From Antedon mediterranea (lineage: Eukaryota > Animalia > Echinodermata): a stretch of DNA of 64,000 bases. A program made the translations under genes and the position numbers. The notes under the pieces were generated by a model. It saw only the letters and a program-made list of their open reading frames with translations. It was not told where the DNA came from and made no database searches. Shown here one piece after another: positions 51,504 through 63,756 of this stretch (positions are counted from its first letter, which is position 1; each line of letters starts with the position of its first letter). The stretch spans positions 6,996,201-7,060,200 of the forward strand of contig NC_092670.1 in NCBI RefSeq assembly GCF_964355755.1, read 5' to 3'.

Positions 51504-51782
51504 ATAATGAACGTTCAATTATTGACTGCCCCACAAATGTCACTTCAAATAATTACATCGGAGGAGTATCTGGACTAATAAATATCCAAACAGACCAAAA
51601 AAGTCCAAATGCAACAGTCACGTGGGATCCTCCTGTGACAAGTGGCAATGGAACAGTGACTGTGGTGTCATCACCATATGAGTCTGGTGACATGATTCCA
51701 ATTGGAACTCACACAATCATCTTTACAGCAACTGATCTCTTTGGCAATAATGGAACATGTGACTTTGTTATCAAGGTGGAAG
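51504..51782 (+). CDS. Exon: HYR domain 6 (single copy)
   Basis: Polypyrimidine-TAG / GTAAAT, 279 bp. IIDCPTNV...ATVTWDPP...SGDMIPIGTHTIIFTATDLFGNNGTCDFVIKV. Confidence 0.9.
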
Positions 51783-51984
51783 GTAAATTATTAAAAACCT
51801 ATAAAAGTATTTATCGTAATATAGAACAAAAATAGTAATACAAGATAAACTAAACATCAATTATAAATGTGATTAAACCACGATAATACAGTTTTTTTTA
51901 TAACCTAATAACAATGTTACTATGTAAAAACTAAATGGAAAAATAACATATAACATTAATCTACAGACAGAAAGTTGTAAAATT

Positions 51985-53798
51985 ATGTCATTAAACGCTT
52001 CTGTTTTCCGTACTTCAGGAAGTATTGGCCGGCCGGCAGCCTTGTTCGTTTAAAGGCCTTTAATTAAGAACTATTTTGAGTTCAGCTTCTGTGAAGTTTC
52101 CTAGTTTTATTTGGAGGTTTTCTTCTATTATCGTTTTTTATTGGTTCGTCTGACACTGTAGGAGTTTTGCCAAGGAGATTAGAGAAATATGTCTTCCATT
52201 TATCAAGGCGTTCCTGTTGACTATCTGCTTTGAGTTTTGCTTTATTTGATTTCTTTCTTCCACTAATGTCGTTTATTATTTTCCAAACCAGGGAGGATTG
52301 TCTATTTGCATGGGCATTGTTTATATCGTCGATTCTATCTTGGACATATTTAGATTGTTCAGATTCGTAAGTGTCAACAAGGTCTTTTTGAGCATCAGCA
52401 AAAGACTTTTCGCTATCCCTCGTCGGGAAGGCGTTTTTTCTGATAGTGGCAGATAGTGTCTCGAGTATTTTGGTTGGATAGAGCTGACCAGTCGTAAGAT
52501 GGTGATGTTGATTTTGTTGCTTTGTTAGCTAAGACTAAGACGTATTTTTGTTGAAACAATCCTGTGATCTGAGCTCACTCCTTCAAACGTATTATATGCC
52601 TCACTATTGACGATGCTGTTAATCCATTTCTTATTTACAAGCATATAATCGAGTTGGGCTTTCATTCCGTGAGGGTATGTATGTTTCCACAGCTTTGATG
52701 GTTTCTTTTGGAAATTGGTGTTTAGACTGATGAGATCATTTTCATCGGCGAAGTCTTGTAGATATTGACCGTTTCGATTTGTTTCATAGTGGTAAGTAAA
52801 CAGATGATTTTCTTTTCCAAGTTGTACATTCATAACACCTCCCATTACCAAAACATTATGTTTAGGGATATTTCGAACAAGTGAAGAGAGGGCTTTGTAA
52901 AAGTCCTCAACATCATCTTCAAGGCTAGTGTTGGTTGGACTGTAGCACGAAATAACGGTTGTTGCAGGATTTCCGTTAAAAGAAGCAATGATTATTCGAG
53001 GGAGGATCATTTCGATATTACTCAAAGATCTCTGGGCGTTGGGACTTAGAAGGATTCCAACACCACCGATGGAAGCAGTCATATTGTTCTTCCAAGCAGA
53101 AGCTGAGATAAATGTCCAGCCTTTGCCAACATCGTGGTTTTTAAGTGTCAAGTCATCGTGAAAGAAGCGGTGTTCCTGTATGCAGAAAATTTCGATGTGA
53201 AAAGAATTGCAGAGGCAACGAGTTCATGAAGTTGATTTATGGTGTTCAGAGTTCGAACGTTGAACTTTGAGAAGGTTGTCGTCCTCTTACATTTTATAAA
53301 GTGTTATTGTGACTTTGTAGTTGATTTTTCGAGCACTGAGTCAAAGTCGTACCATCAGTAGAACGCGCCCCCTGGTAACCCGCGCGACGGGCGATGCGGT
53401 ATGTTGTGGGGTTTCGAGTACGAGTCATCAGATTACTTTCGGTGGCTATGTACTACTAGGATACGCCAGGTCTCTAGCAGTGCAGTACTTCCTTTACAAA
53501 GTTGTTTTGCCTTTGCCGTTGTGCATGAAGCATCCGCCGCCAACGCAAAATGGAAACTTGGCCAGAATAACTATTTGTTGTTATCTGCCAAAAAGAATCC
53601 AACCATCATCCTGCGGCCAATGACTTCACCTTAACCCTGACAGGGCAGCTGCCGGGTGCTACGCCTTGCTGAAGGGCAACCCGTGATTTTCTCCGGGACT
53701 GCTTATCTTATATTCGCAGCTAACCTCCATATCTGAAGTCCGTAATCCCCCAATCCGCAACATGGGGACCCGGTGGATGGGAGTCTTCTCCGCACCAC
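51985..53798 (-). mobile_element. Degenerate non-LTR retrotransposon (RTE-like): 5' region, APE endonuclease and linker; 3'-truncated at the start of RT
   Basis: ORF 52525-53151 has GGVGILLS, ISCYSPTN, QLDYMLV and SDHRIV. The flanking frames are broken by stops and frameshifts. Confidence 0.8.
52525..53151 (-). pseudogene. LINE apurinic-like endonuclease domain fragment
   Basis: APE motifs present. The catalytic GDxN reads GVMN and there is a premature stop after IRLSLS. Confidence 0.85.
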
Positions 53799-53876
53799 AA
53801 ATAATAATATGTTAATATGTCTATTTTGTGCCTTATAGTATATCCATATAATACTGTATATATCTACAGTGTAGCA

Positions 53877-56283
53877 TCTATATATAAATTTACGTAAGGG
53901 CAAAATTCGGTAAATCGCGCCTTACTTCTAGAATTTTCACTCGATGGTATGTAAAGTTGGTTCGTACTTTCGGTACTGATTTTAACCGCCTGATGTAACC
54001 CTGTTTACTAATTAAATTGAGTTAGATAATTAGTTATTGACGATTAAAACGAATTTAGGTTCAAAGATTTGCCCCAAATAGGGGTGTTTTCCGATCGTGG
54101 TATACACTGTCTAATGGATGTCCATCTTGAAAAATACCCGCCAAAAAAATGCGAGGAGGCTTCGCATTTTTCTATCTCCTCCTACGATAATTGTTTTTAA
54201 TAGCTGAAAACCGGTTGAACAGCTAGAGTACACCATCATAATGTTGAAGACAGGCCGATTTTCTTTAAAAAATACTATTTTGATAGATTTAATATACGAT
54301 TATACAAATGTATTGATTTGCGATGAATGGAACATCCCAATCTCTCAGTCTGCCAGAGTTTGGTTTAACACAAGTACTGTAGGTAAATTTATGAGCCCTT
54401 GGTTTAACACATACGGTAGGTAAATATATGGGCCCTTTGAGAATAAACTTGCAATACTTTAACAATACTGTAAATACCTATTAACTATTTTTCATTTGAA
54501 TCGAACATTTCTTACTGTGAATGTTCGTACTGTTAGATGTAATATAAAAATATATACAAATAAACTTTATTACTGAGACTGTGGATAGGCTCTACTGTTA
54601 GATATACAAATAAACTTTATACTGACAGTTCCTTCTCAACGTTTTTATTAATTAATAATTACCAAAAATATAAACGTCGTAGTGGTGTATCGTGACATGT
54701 ACTTTAATATTTCAATCGATTATGACAGTGACAGTTTTAACAAAGTATTAAATCGCAAATGTTTTAGGCCTACGGTATTTAGAGGTATATTATTTATAGG
54801 CCTATAAAACATGAACAAAATATTTCGTTACTCAGTGGATAAAGAATATATTTAAAAATTGTTCCTCTTTGTACCTATCCGCTTTCCCATCCCTCAACCC
54901 TAATGTTACATAGCGAGGAGGCTTCGCATTTTCCTATCTCCTCCTACGATAATTGTTTTTAATAGCTGAAAACCGGTTGAACAGCTAGAGTACACCATCA
55001 TAATGTTGAAGACAGGCCGATTTTCTTTAAAAAATACTATTTTGATAGATTGCTAGAGTACACCATCATAATGTTGAAGACAGGCCGATTTTCTTTAAAA
55101 AATACTATTTTGATAGATTTAATATACGATTATACAAATGTATTGATTTGCGATGAATGGAACATCCTAATCTCTCAGTCTGCCAGAGTTTGGTTTAACA
55201 CAAGTACTGTAGGTAAATTTATGAGCCCTTGGTTTAACACATACGGTAGGTAAATATATGGGCCCTTTGAGAGAAAAACTTGCAATAGGTTCGGAAAATG
55301 TTAAAAACCAATTTCTATTATTTGAATCGGTAAACAGTTTCCATTTATTATACATTGATAATGAAACATGAAATATTCCTATTTATGTCCCTCGAGGTTC
55401 ATTACAATTTATATTTAATAGTCCCACGGACTTCATCTTAGCCACTCCCCCGAGTGCTAAGGCCAAATTTATGATACCCTACTTTCTATGTAAGTTTATG
55501 TGCTTATAAATTAAGACTCATGTAAACAGCTTGATTACATCATTTTACAGACAAACGAAACTTTTTTAAACCTACTGTTTCAATAACTGAGTATAATACT
55601 GTATACGTTTTCATAAGTAAGCGCATATACATTTTCGTGTTTTCATTGACGAGATTGTAATAGTAACTTCAGTAACTATTACAGTACTTATTTATTATAC
55701 GACACAAGACAATTGTATCTGACAGGTACGTACATTATTCTAAAAAATAAGTCTAGATAGATCCCTTAGGCGTCATAAATCACAGGCCAACAAATCAGTA
55801 CTCATGACAGAAATTCGACCCAGTTTGGTTCACACAAATGTTTACAGGAATTTCAACACCACAACCGATGATTTGCCCTAAATATTTAGGTAGACTACAG
55901 TTTAATTTTTCACTGAATAGGAGCTTGCATTTCCGATTTCCATTTCGCAGAATGTCTAGGTCTATTTATTTAGTTTGGTTCTTATAATATATAAATACAA
56001 TCAACTTTATTACTGCGGTTCCATCACCACCACCACGTGCCGCCCAATTCCCGTACATACATTTCCATTTCTCCCTAATTTCTTTAATCCACATAAATTA
56101 ATTGTCTTTTATGGAATCCAGTATTGGTTTTGTTGTCTCTATTTCTGAATACCCCAATTAGGGGGACACTTCCGTTTTTGTTTAGTGTCCCAAAAAAGTC
56201 CCCGTCCGTGGATTCTACTGTATTCGAGAACCATCTGTGAGCACCCCTAGATGGTACGCGAGCGAAGCGAGCGTGCCATCTAG
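53877..56283 (+). mobile_element. Non-autonomous canonical Helitron with internal duplications
   Basis: A|TCTATATATAAA 5' end. The 3' hairpin GATGGTACGCGAGCGAAGCGAGCGTGCCATC ends in CTAG|T. No TSD. Block 54151-54447 is repeated from 54913. Confidence 0.75.
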
Positions 56284-56389
56284 TAGTTGAAATTACTGGA
56301 CCCACCTTTTATTCAAATTGTTTAAAGAACAGTTTCGGAAGATAATTGTTTAGCAACAACACATTAAAATGTTTAAGGAATTCTGATAC

Positions 56390-56628
56390 ATAGTATCTAG
56401 ATGCGCGCTCTTTTAAATGTGATGAACTATGACGTAAAAGATGAAAATCCGACTTTTTTTTTTATTAAACTGGCCATATGATGACGTCACAACATCCGAT
56501 TGGTAAAATGTTTACATGAATTCTACAATTCAACAGCTTCCAGAAGAAGACTATCACTTTTTATTCTGACAAGTTAAAACATGTTGAAATTTACTGTAAA
56601 GATGAAAATAAGTGATCCACGTTATTCA
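56390..56628 (-). mobile_element. Diverged internal fragment related to HINE family 2
   Basis: GCGCGCTCTTT..AAAAGATGAAAA..TGGCCATATG..ACGTCACAACATCCGAT..ACGTTATTCAA parallels 13040-13280. Confidence 0.6.
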
Positions 56629-56641
56629 ATGCTAGTATTTA

Positions 56642-58553
56642 TACTCTAGTAGCTAGATCAACTTTCGTATGCACTTTGAGGTCCAGAGAATTTGACTTCA
56701 GAAATTGGTTTAGGGTGGTCAAACAATCATTTTTGGCTTGGTTACACATTTTGAAAATGTGGCGAAAGGTCAAAAGGTCAGGGTGAAAGGTCATAAGACC
56801 AAACACCAATATGTCCTTAAATCTGAACAACCACTGGTCACAGCGAAGTAATTTTGGTTTCAAATTGATCAGAAGGTATACATTTATATTCAGTCTAATG
56901 GGACATTTTAGTTTAAAATGACCGGAAATGCCATTTCTGACCTTTGACCCACAACCCAGGGCATGTATTTATCTCCGTAACTACTGGTCGTAGACACTTG
57001 AATATGGTTTTAAATTGTTCGAAATATATATTTTGTTATTTGAAAAACATTTTGAAAAATGTTACAAAAGTTCAAAGGGTCAGGGTCAAGGGTTATATAA
57101 ACAAATAAATAAAGGTACTTGTATGTCGGCAACCACTGGTCGCAGCAAGTCAATTTTGGTCTCAAAATGTTCAGAAGGCATGCATTTATATTCCGTCTAA
57201 TGGGTCATTTTAGTAAAAAATGAAAGAAATGCCATTTCTGACCTTTGACCCACATACCAGGGCATCTTCATATCTCTGTAAGTACTGGTCGTAGAAACTT
57301 AAATTTGGTATCAAATTGTTCGAAATATACATATTTACATTCATTGTAATAGAAAATGTGGTTAAAAGATGAAAATACTATTACTAATGTTTCAAACAAA
57401 AAACATATCTCTACACAACTTATCCTTAGACAGTAATGTTATGCAATATGATACTTTAAATTGTTTCAATTTCAAGTAGGCCTACTAGTTATTGCTGTCC
57501 ACGAGAACATTTTGATATAAACGTCAAGCTCAACAGTTCTTTTCAGAATGCTAGAAGTAACTTGCCATGTGTATCACAAATAAAGATGCCTCCCCTGCCC
57601 TAAAAACCCCTTTGAACAATAATTGCCCGGGGAGTTTAATCGGATACACATGGCAAGTTACTTCTAGCATTCTGAAAAGAACTGTTGAGCTTGACGTTTC
57701 TATCAAAATGTTCTTGGGGACAGCAATAACTAGTACTTGAAATTGACACAATTTAAAGTATCAGTTATTGCATAACATTACTGTCTAAGGATAAGTTATG
57801 TAGAGATATGTTTTTTGTTTGAAACATTAGTAATAGTATTTCTGTTCATCTTTTAACCACATTTTCTATTACAATGAATGTAAATATGTATATTTCGAAC
57901 AATTTGATACCAAATTTAAGTTTCTACGACCAGTACTTGATACGTGGGTCAAAGGTCAGAAATGGCATTTCTGATAATTTTTGACTAAAATGTCCCATTA
58001 GATTGAATATGAAAGCATGCCTTCTGAACATTTTGAGACTAAAATTGACTTGCTGCGACTTGGTTGCCGAGATACAAGTATCTATTTTTATTTGTCCATA
58101 TAACCTTTGACCTTGACCCTTTGACCTTTTGTAACATTTTTAAAAATTTGCTACAAATAATAACTATTTATTTCAAACAATTTAAGACCAAATTTAAGTG
58201 TCTACGAACAGTAGTTACGGAGATACATACATGCCCTGAGGTGTGGGTCAAAGGTCATAAATGGCATTTCTGGTCATTTTTGACTAAAATGTCCCATTAG
58301 ACTGAATATAAATGTATACCTTCTGATCAATTTGAGACCAAAATTACTTTGCTGTGACCAGTGGTTGTTCAGATTTAAGGACATATTGGTGTTTGGTCTT
58401 ATGACCTTTCACCCTGACCTTTTGACCTTTCGCCACATTTTCAAAATGTGTAACCAAGCCAAAAATGATTGTTTGACCACTCTAAACCAATTTCTGAAGT
58501 CAAATTCTCTGGACCTCAAAGTGCATACGAAAGTTGATCTAGCTACTAGAGTA
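56642..58553. mobile_element. Foldback-like non-autonomous DNA transposon: TIRs of about 0.92 kb, 67-bp spacer, TTA TSD
   Basis: TACTCTAGTAGCTAGATC...GATCTAGCTACTAGAGTA. Arms 56642-57575 and 57643-58553. TTA on both sides. Empty paralogous site ATGCTAGTGTTTAAGCATATATCC at about 63404-63427. Confidence 0.85.
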
Positions 58554-58717
58554 TTAAGCATATATCCACAAACTTTATTAAGATTAGGCCTATATGTTTA
58601 AGAATATTTGCTACATTTTGTATTCTCTCTTGTAAGATTGATATGATTTATGCTACGGTAGACCTAAGGTAAAATAAGCTTTCGTCACTGACATGAATAT
58701 CCTAAATTTAATTGTAG

Positions 58718-58768
58718 ATGCAACAGCAGAATTACAATCAGAGACTACTAACTCAACGATGGAAAATG
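58718..58768 (+). CDS. 51-bp Ser/Thr-rich micro-exon (DATAELQSETTNSTMEN)
   Basis: AATTGTAG acceptor, GTAAGT donor, phase 1-1, two paralogs downstream. Confidence 0.65.
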
Positions 58769-58834
58769 GTAAGTACAATCTTACAGCATTTGTATATTTC
58801 ATAAATTAATCACATTAGTGTAATGATTTTCAAT

Positions 58835-59345
58835 AGAGAGGTTTCGCAATCTTACGAATACGATAACGAAAACGGATACGTCACGCACACGTATTCGTTT
58901 TCGTAAGTCATAAAAAAATCTGGTTCGCATGGCAACGAAATATTGAGGCGCGTCCAAAATATGACTGCGGTAAATTTGAGCGAAGCGCTGGTACGTGTTG
59001 CTTGGTGCTTGGCTGCCTAGGCCTAGCGTAACATCAAAGCGAGTGAGGACTTTAAAAACTGCTATTTATCTAAATTGACCTGGCATTTTAGTAAATTACT
59101 TTAGTAAATAATTACTTTCAATAAATCTATAATTATATTATAATCATGAATCATTCCTAATTCAAATGCAAAATGTACAAAATAGATCAAAAACTATACT
59201 CGTTTTGTAGTTACGAATATGACTGGTGATATTCGTCAACACGAATACGCTTTACAAATATGAAATTGGGATCAGCTCAAAAGTTTCACAAATGTATGAC
59301 GTATCCGTTTTCGTTATCGTATTCGTAAGGTTGCGAAACCTCCCT
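58835..59345. mobile_element. MITE with TIRs of about 50 bp (AGAGAGGTTTCGCAA...)
   Basis: TIR AGAGAGGTTTCGCAATCTTACGAATACGATAACGAAAACGGATACGTCA and its reverse complement at 59297-59345. Flanks are AAT/ATT. Confidence 0.8.
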
Positions 59346-59358
59346 ATTGTGTGTTAAT

Positions 59359-59701
59359 AGGGAGGTTTTGCAACACTACGAATACGATAACGGAAACGGA
59401 AACGTCACGCACACGTATTCGTTTTCGTAGGCCAGTAAAAATCTGTTTCGCATGGCAACGAATATTGAGGGCGCCGTTCAAATATTATGACTGCGGTAAA
59501 TTTGAACGAAGCGCATGTACATGTTTCTTGACTGCCTAGGCCTAGCGTAACATCAAAGCGTAGTAGTTACAAATATGACTACTGATATTCGTCAACACGA
59601 AAACGCTTTACGAATATGAAATGGGGATCAGCTCAAAAGTTTCACAAATGTATGACGTATCCGTTTTTGTTATCGTATTCGTAATCTTGCGAAACCTCCC
59701 T
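59359..59701. mobile_element. Second, internally deleted MITE of the same family, AAT TSD (PIF/Harbinger-like)
   Basis: AAT|AGGGAGGTTTTGCAA...TTGCGAAACCTCCCT|AAT. Confidence 0.8.
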
Positions 59702-59817
59702 AATAACATTACCAAACGTATATATAAACTTTCTATACCATTAAGTAAACATTTTAGAAGTTAACCACCGATTTACCGAAATGTGTCTTTTATATATTGA
59801 TACGTTTCTATTTGAAG

Positions 59818-59922
59818 GTAGCTGTGTAGGCAAATGTGGTAGGTGGGACAAAAACTGTTATTGTGATAACGCCTGTGAAGAACTTAACGACTGTTGTCCG
59901 GACTATTTATTGCTGTGTCAAA
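59818..59922 (+). CDS. Exon: somatomedin-B domain (not in the ORF track)
   Basis: TTGAAG acceptor, GTAAGT donor, 105 bp, phase 1-1. Hand translation: GSCVGKCGRWDKNCYCDNACEELNDCCPDYLLLCQ (8 Cys, SMB pattern). Confidence 0.9.
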
Positions 59923-60052
59923 GTAAGTATTTATTATTTATATATCCTTATATAATGTAATATGTAAATTCTTTTATTAAATTTCAAACCGCCTGGTGAT
60001 ATAGTGAAAATTAATTAATTATTCAATTTGAAACGACAAGAAATCTACAGTT

Positions 60053-62086
60053 TCTATATATAAATTTACGTAAGGGCAAAATTCGGTAAATCGCGCCTTA
60101 CTTCTAGAATTTTTACTCGATGGTATATAAAGTTGGTTCGTACTTTCGGTACTGATTTGAAACACCCGATGAAACCCTGTTTACTAATTAAATTAAGTTA
60201 GATAATTAGTTATTGACGATTAAAACGAATTTAGGTTCAACGATTTGCCCCAAATAGAGGTGTTTTCCGATCGTGGTATACACTGTCTAATGGATGGCCA
60301 TCTTGAAAAATACCCGCCACATAAATGCGAGGAGGCTTCGCATTTTTCCTATTTTGGAATTTGTGTTTTGTATTAGGGTTGAGGGATGGGAAAGTGGATA
60401 GGTGCAAAGAGGAACAAATTTTAAATATATTCTTTATCCACTCAGTAACGAAATATTTTTTTCATGTTTTATAGGCCTATAAATAATATACCTCTAAATA
60501 CAGTAAAACATTTGCGATTTAATACTTTGTTAAAACTGTCACATCGATTGAAATATTAAAGTCACGATACACCACTACGACGTTTATATTTTTGGTAATT
60601 ATGAATTAATACAAACGTTGAGAAGGAACTGTCAGTATAAAGTTTATTTGTATATAATAATGTGTTTATATATTTAACAGTAGAGCCTATTCACAATCTC
60701 ATTAATAAGTTTATTTGTAAATATTTTTATATTACATCTAACAGTACGAACATTCACAGTAGGAAATGTTCGATTCAAATGAGGACCAAAAATAGTATTT
60801 ACAGTATTGTTCAAGTTTATTCTCAAAGGGCCCATATATTTACCTACCGTATGTGTTAAACCAAGGGCTCATAAATTTACCTACTTGTGTTAAACCAAAC
60901 TCTACCAGACTGAGAGATTGGGATGTTCCATTCATCGCAATCAATACATTTGTATAATCGTATATTAAATCTATCAAAATAGTATTTTTTTAAGAAAATC
61001 GGCCTGTCTTCAACATTATGATGCTGTACTCTAGCTGTTCAACCGGTTTTCAGCTATTAAAAACAATTATCGTAGGAGGAGATAGGAAAATGCGAAGCCT
61101 CCTCGCATTTTTGTGGCGGGTATTTTTCAAGATGGACATCCATTAGACAGTGTATACCACGATCGGAAAACACCCCTATTTGGGGCAAATCGTGGAACCT
61201 AAATTCGTGTTAATCGTCAATAACTAATTATCTAACTCAATTTAATTAGTATAAGTACATGTCACGATACACCACTACGACGTTTATATTATCTGTAATT
61301 ATTAATTAATACAAACGTTGAGAAGGAACTGTCAGTATAAAGTTTATTTGTATATCTAACAGTGAAGCCTATCCACAATCTCAGTAATAAAGTTTATTTG
61401 TATATATTTTTATATTACATTAACAGTACGAACATTCACAGTAAGAAATGCTCGATTCAAATGAGGACCAAAAATAGTTAATATAGGTATTTACAGTATT
61501 GTCAAAGTATTGCAAGTTTATTCTCAAAGGGCCCATATATTTACCTACCGTATGTGTTAAACCAAGGGCTCATAAATTTACCTACTTGTTTTAAACCAAA
61601 CTCTGCCAGACTGAGAGATTGGGATGTTCCATTCATCGCAATCAATACATTTGTATAATCGTATATTGAATCTATCAAAATAGTATTTTTTTAAGAAAAC
61701 CGGCCTGTCTTCAACATTATGATGCTGTACTCTAGCTGTTCAACCGGTTTTCATCTATTAAAAACAATTACGGTATCGTAGGAGGAGATAGGAAAATGCG
61801 AAGCCTCCTCGCATTTTTGTGGTGGGTATTTTTCAAGATGGACATCCATTAGACAGTTTATACCACGATCGGAAAACACCCTTATTTGGGGCAAATCGTT
61901 GAACCTAAATTCGTGTTAATCGTCAATAACTAATTATCTAACTCAATTTAATTAGTAAACAGGGTTACATCAGGTGGTTAAAATTAGTACCAAAAGTACG
62001 AACCAACTTTATATACCATCGAGTAAACATTCTAGAAGTAACGCGCGATTTACCGAATTTTGCCCTTACGTAAATTTATATATAGA
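60053..62086 (-). mobile_element. Rearranged copy of the Helitron, bounded by two inverted 5' ends
   Basis: TCTATATATAAATTTACG at 60053 (+) and at about 62086 (-). The interior is inverted, partly duplicated 53877-54905 sequence. Confidence 0.75.
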
Positions 62087-62442
62087 TGTCCCTTGCTAAA
62101 AACTGGATATAATATGGACAACTCATTACTAATTAAATTATTATATGTTAGATTAAATAAATTTAAACAAATATGAAATCAATTTACATTAAAATATAAT
62201 CGATTGTCTTATTAGATATAAGTAAATTGTTGAGACCTAAATAATTACTATTTAATTTTCAAACATACCTTAATAATAATCGACTACGATAGGTGGTATC
62301 CACAAACTATTAAGATTAGACCTATGTTTAAGATTGTTACATTTTGTATTCTCTCTTGTAAGATTGATATAATGTTTGCTACGGTAGACCTACAATAAAA
62401 TAAGTTTTCGTCACTCACTTGATATCATAAATGTAATTGTAG

Positions 62443-62493
62443 ATGCAACAGCGGACTTTCAAAGAGAGAGTAGTATGTCAACGATAGTAAATG
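62443..62493 (+). CDS. 51-bp micro-exon (DATADFQRESSMSTIVN)
   Basis: AATTGTAG / GTAGGT, phase 1-1, paralog of 58718-58768. Confidence 0.6.
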
Positions 62494-63558
62494 GTAGGTA
62501 CAATCATCTACCATAACATTTTAAACATTAAAAATGTATTATATTTAATAAAGTATCTATATATTAATTCTACTAAAGTGGTCGCTGAATGGCACGTGCT
62601 CGCTGAATGGCACGTGCTCAAATTTGGCACACTAATGTTTCTTAATGGGCCGCACATGATAGGCTATATCACTTTCCTAAAAATGTTAAGGACAAACACT
62701 AAAAAAGGCCGAAAAATAACAGAGGCCATGTTTCGCGAGTTTTTACGTTACGTATCAACTGCGCAACCTTATCTGTTGTGTACCGCAATGGCCGGATCTA
62801 CAAATACCGTGCCTCCAAATTAAAACAGTGTTTAGTCTAAATATAAACAACTATGAAATCAACTTACATTAAGTTTAATCGATTGTCTTATTCAATATAA
62901 GTAAATTGTTGAGGCCTAAATAATTACTATTTTAAGATAAGAAAACTACAGTTTTAATATAATTATGTTAACGTCCCTTGCTAAAAACTGGATATAATAT
63001 AGACAACTCATTACTAATTAAATTATTATGTGTTAGATTAAATAAATATAAACAAATATGAAATCAATTTAGTAAATTGTTTAAATAATTGCTATTTTAA
63101 TTTTCGAATGGAATTACAAACATACCATAATAATTATATCGACTACGATAGGTGGTAAGTCAACTTAAAGTCACATCCATGTTTTTTTTAATACTGAAAC
63201 CTTTTGAAGTATAGTAGGTTGGTTTAATGCTATTCTTAATATAATCATGAAGATTAGTAGTTGTTTTTTCCCGTAGATTATTTTGCTTACTACATTTGTT
63301 GTTTATCACCTTTTTTACTTTAGATATTTCTTTGGGGACAGAAATAGTAACTAAATGGGTTACCATAACCGGTAAGTTTAATTGTCTTTAACGTCATATC
63401 AAAATGCTAGTGTTTAAGCATATATCCACAAAATGTATTAAAATTAGGCCTATGTTTAAGAATTTTGTATTCTCTCTTGTAAGATTGATATAATTTTTGC
63501 TACGGTAGACCTAAAGTAAAATAACATCACTTACATGATATCATAACTTTAATTGTAG

Positions 63559-63609
63559 ATGCAACAACGGACTTTCAAAAAGAGAGTAGTATCTCAACGA
63601 TAGTAAATG
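63559..63609 (+). CDS. 51-bp micro-exon (DATTDFQKESSISTIVN)
   Basis: AATTGTAG / GTAGGT, phase 1-1. Confidence 0.6.
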
Positions 63610-63702
63610 GTAGGTACAATCATACAGCATGACATTTTAAACATTTCTTTAAAAATGTATTTTATTTAATAAAGTATCTATATATTAATGTTATTGTTTT
63701 AG

Positions 63703-63756
63703 ACCAAAATGAGGGAACAATCAAAGAGAGTATATTATTAAAAACCAGATACAATG
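63703..63756 (+). CDS. 54-bp micro-exon (DQNEGTIKESILLKTRYN)
   Basis: TGTTTTAG / GTAATA, phase 1-1. It has the same D...ES...N-G frame as the 51-bp exons. Confidence 0.5.

Noticed and set aside
56639-58601. Mirror-image ORFs MKPKLL.../MRPKLL... on opposite strands
   Set aside because: Artefact of the foldback inverted repeats, with no transposase motifs.
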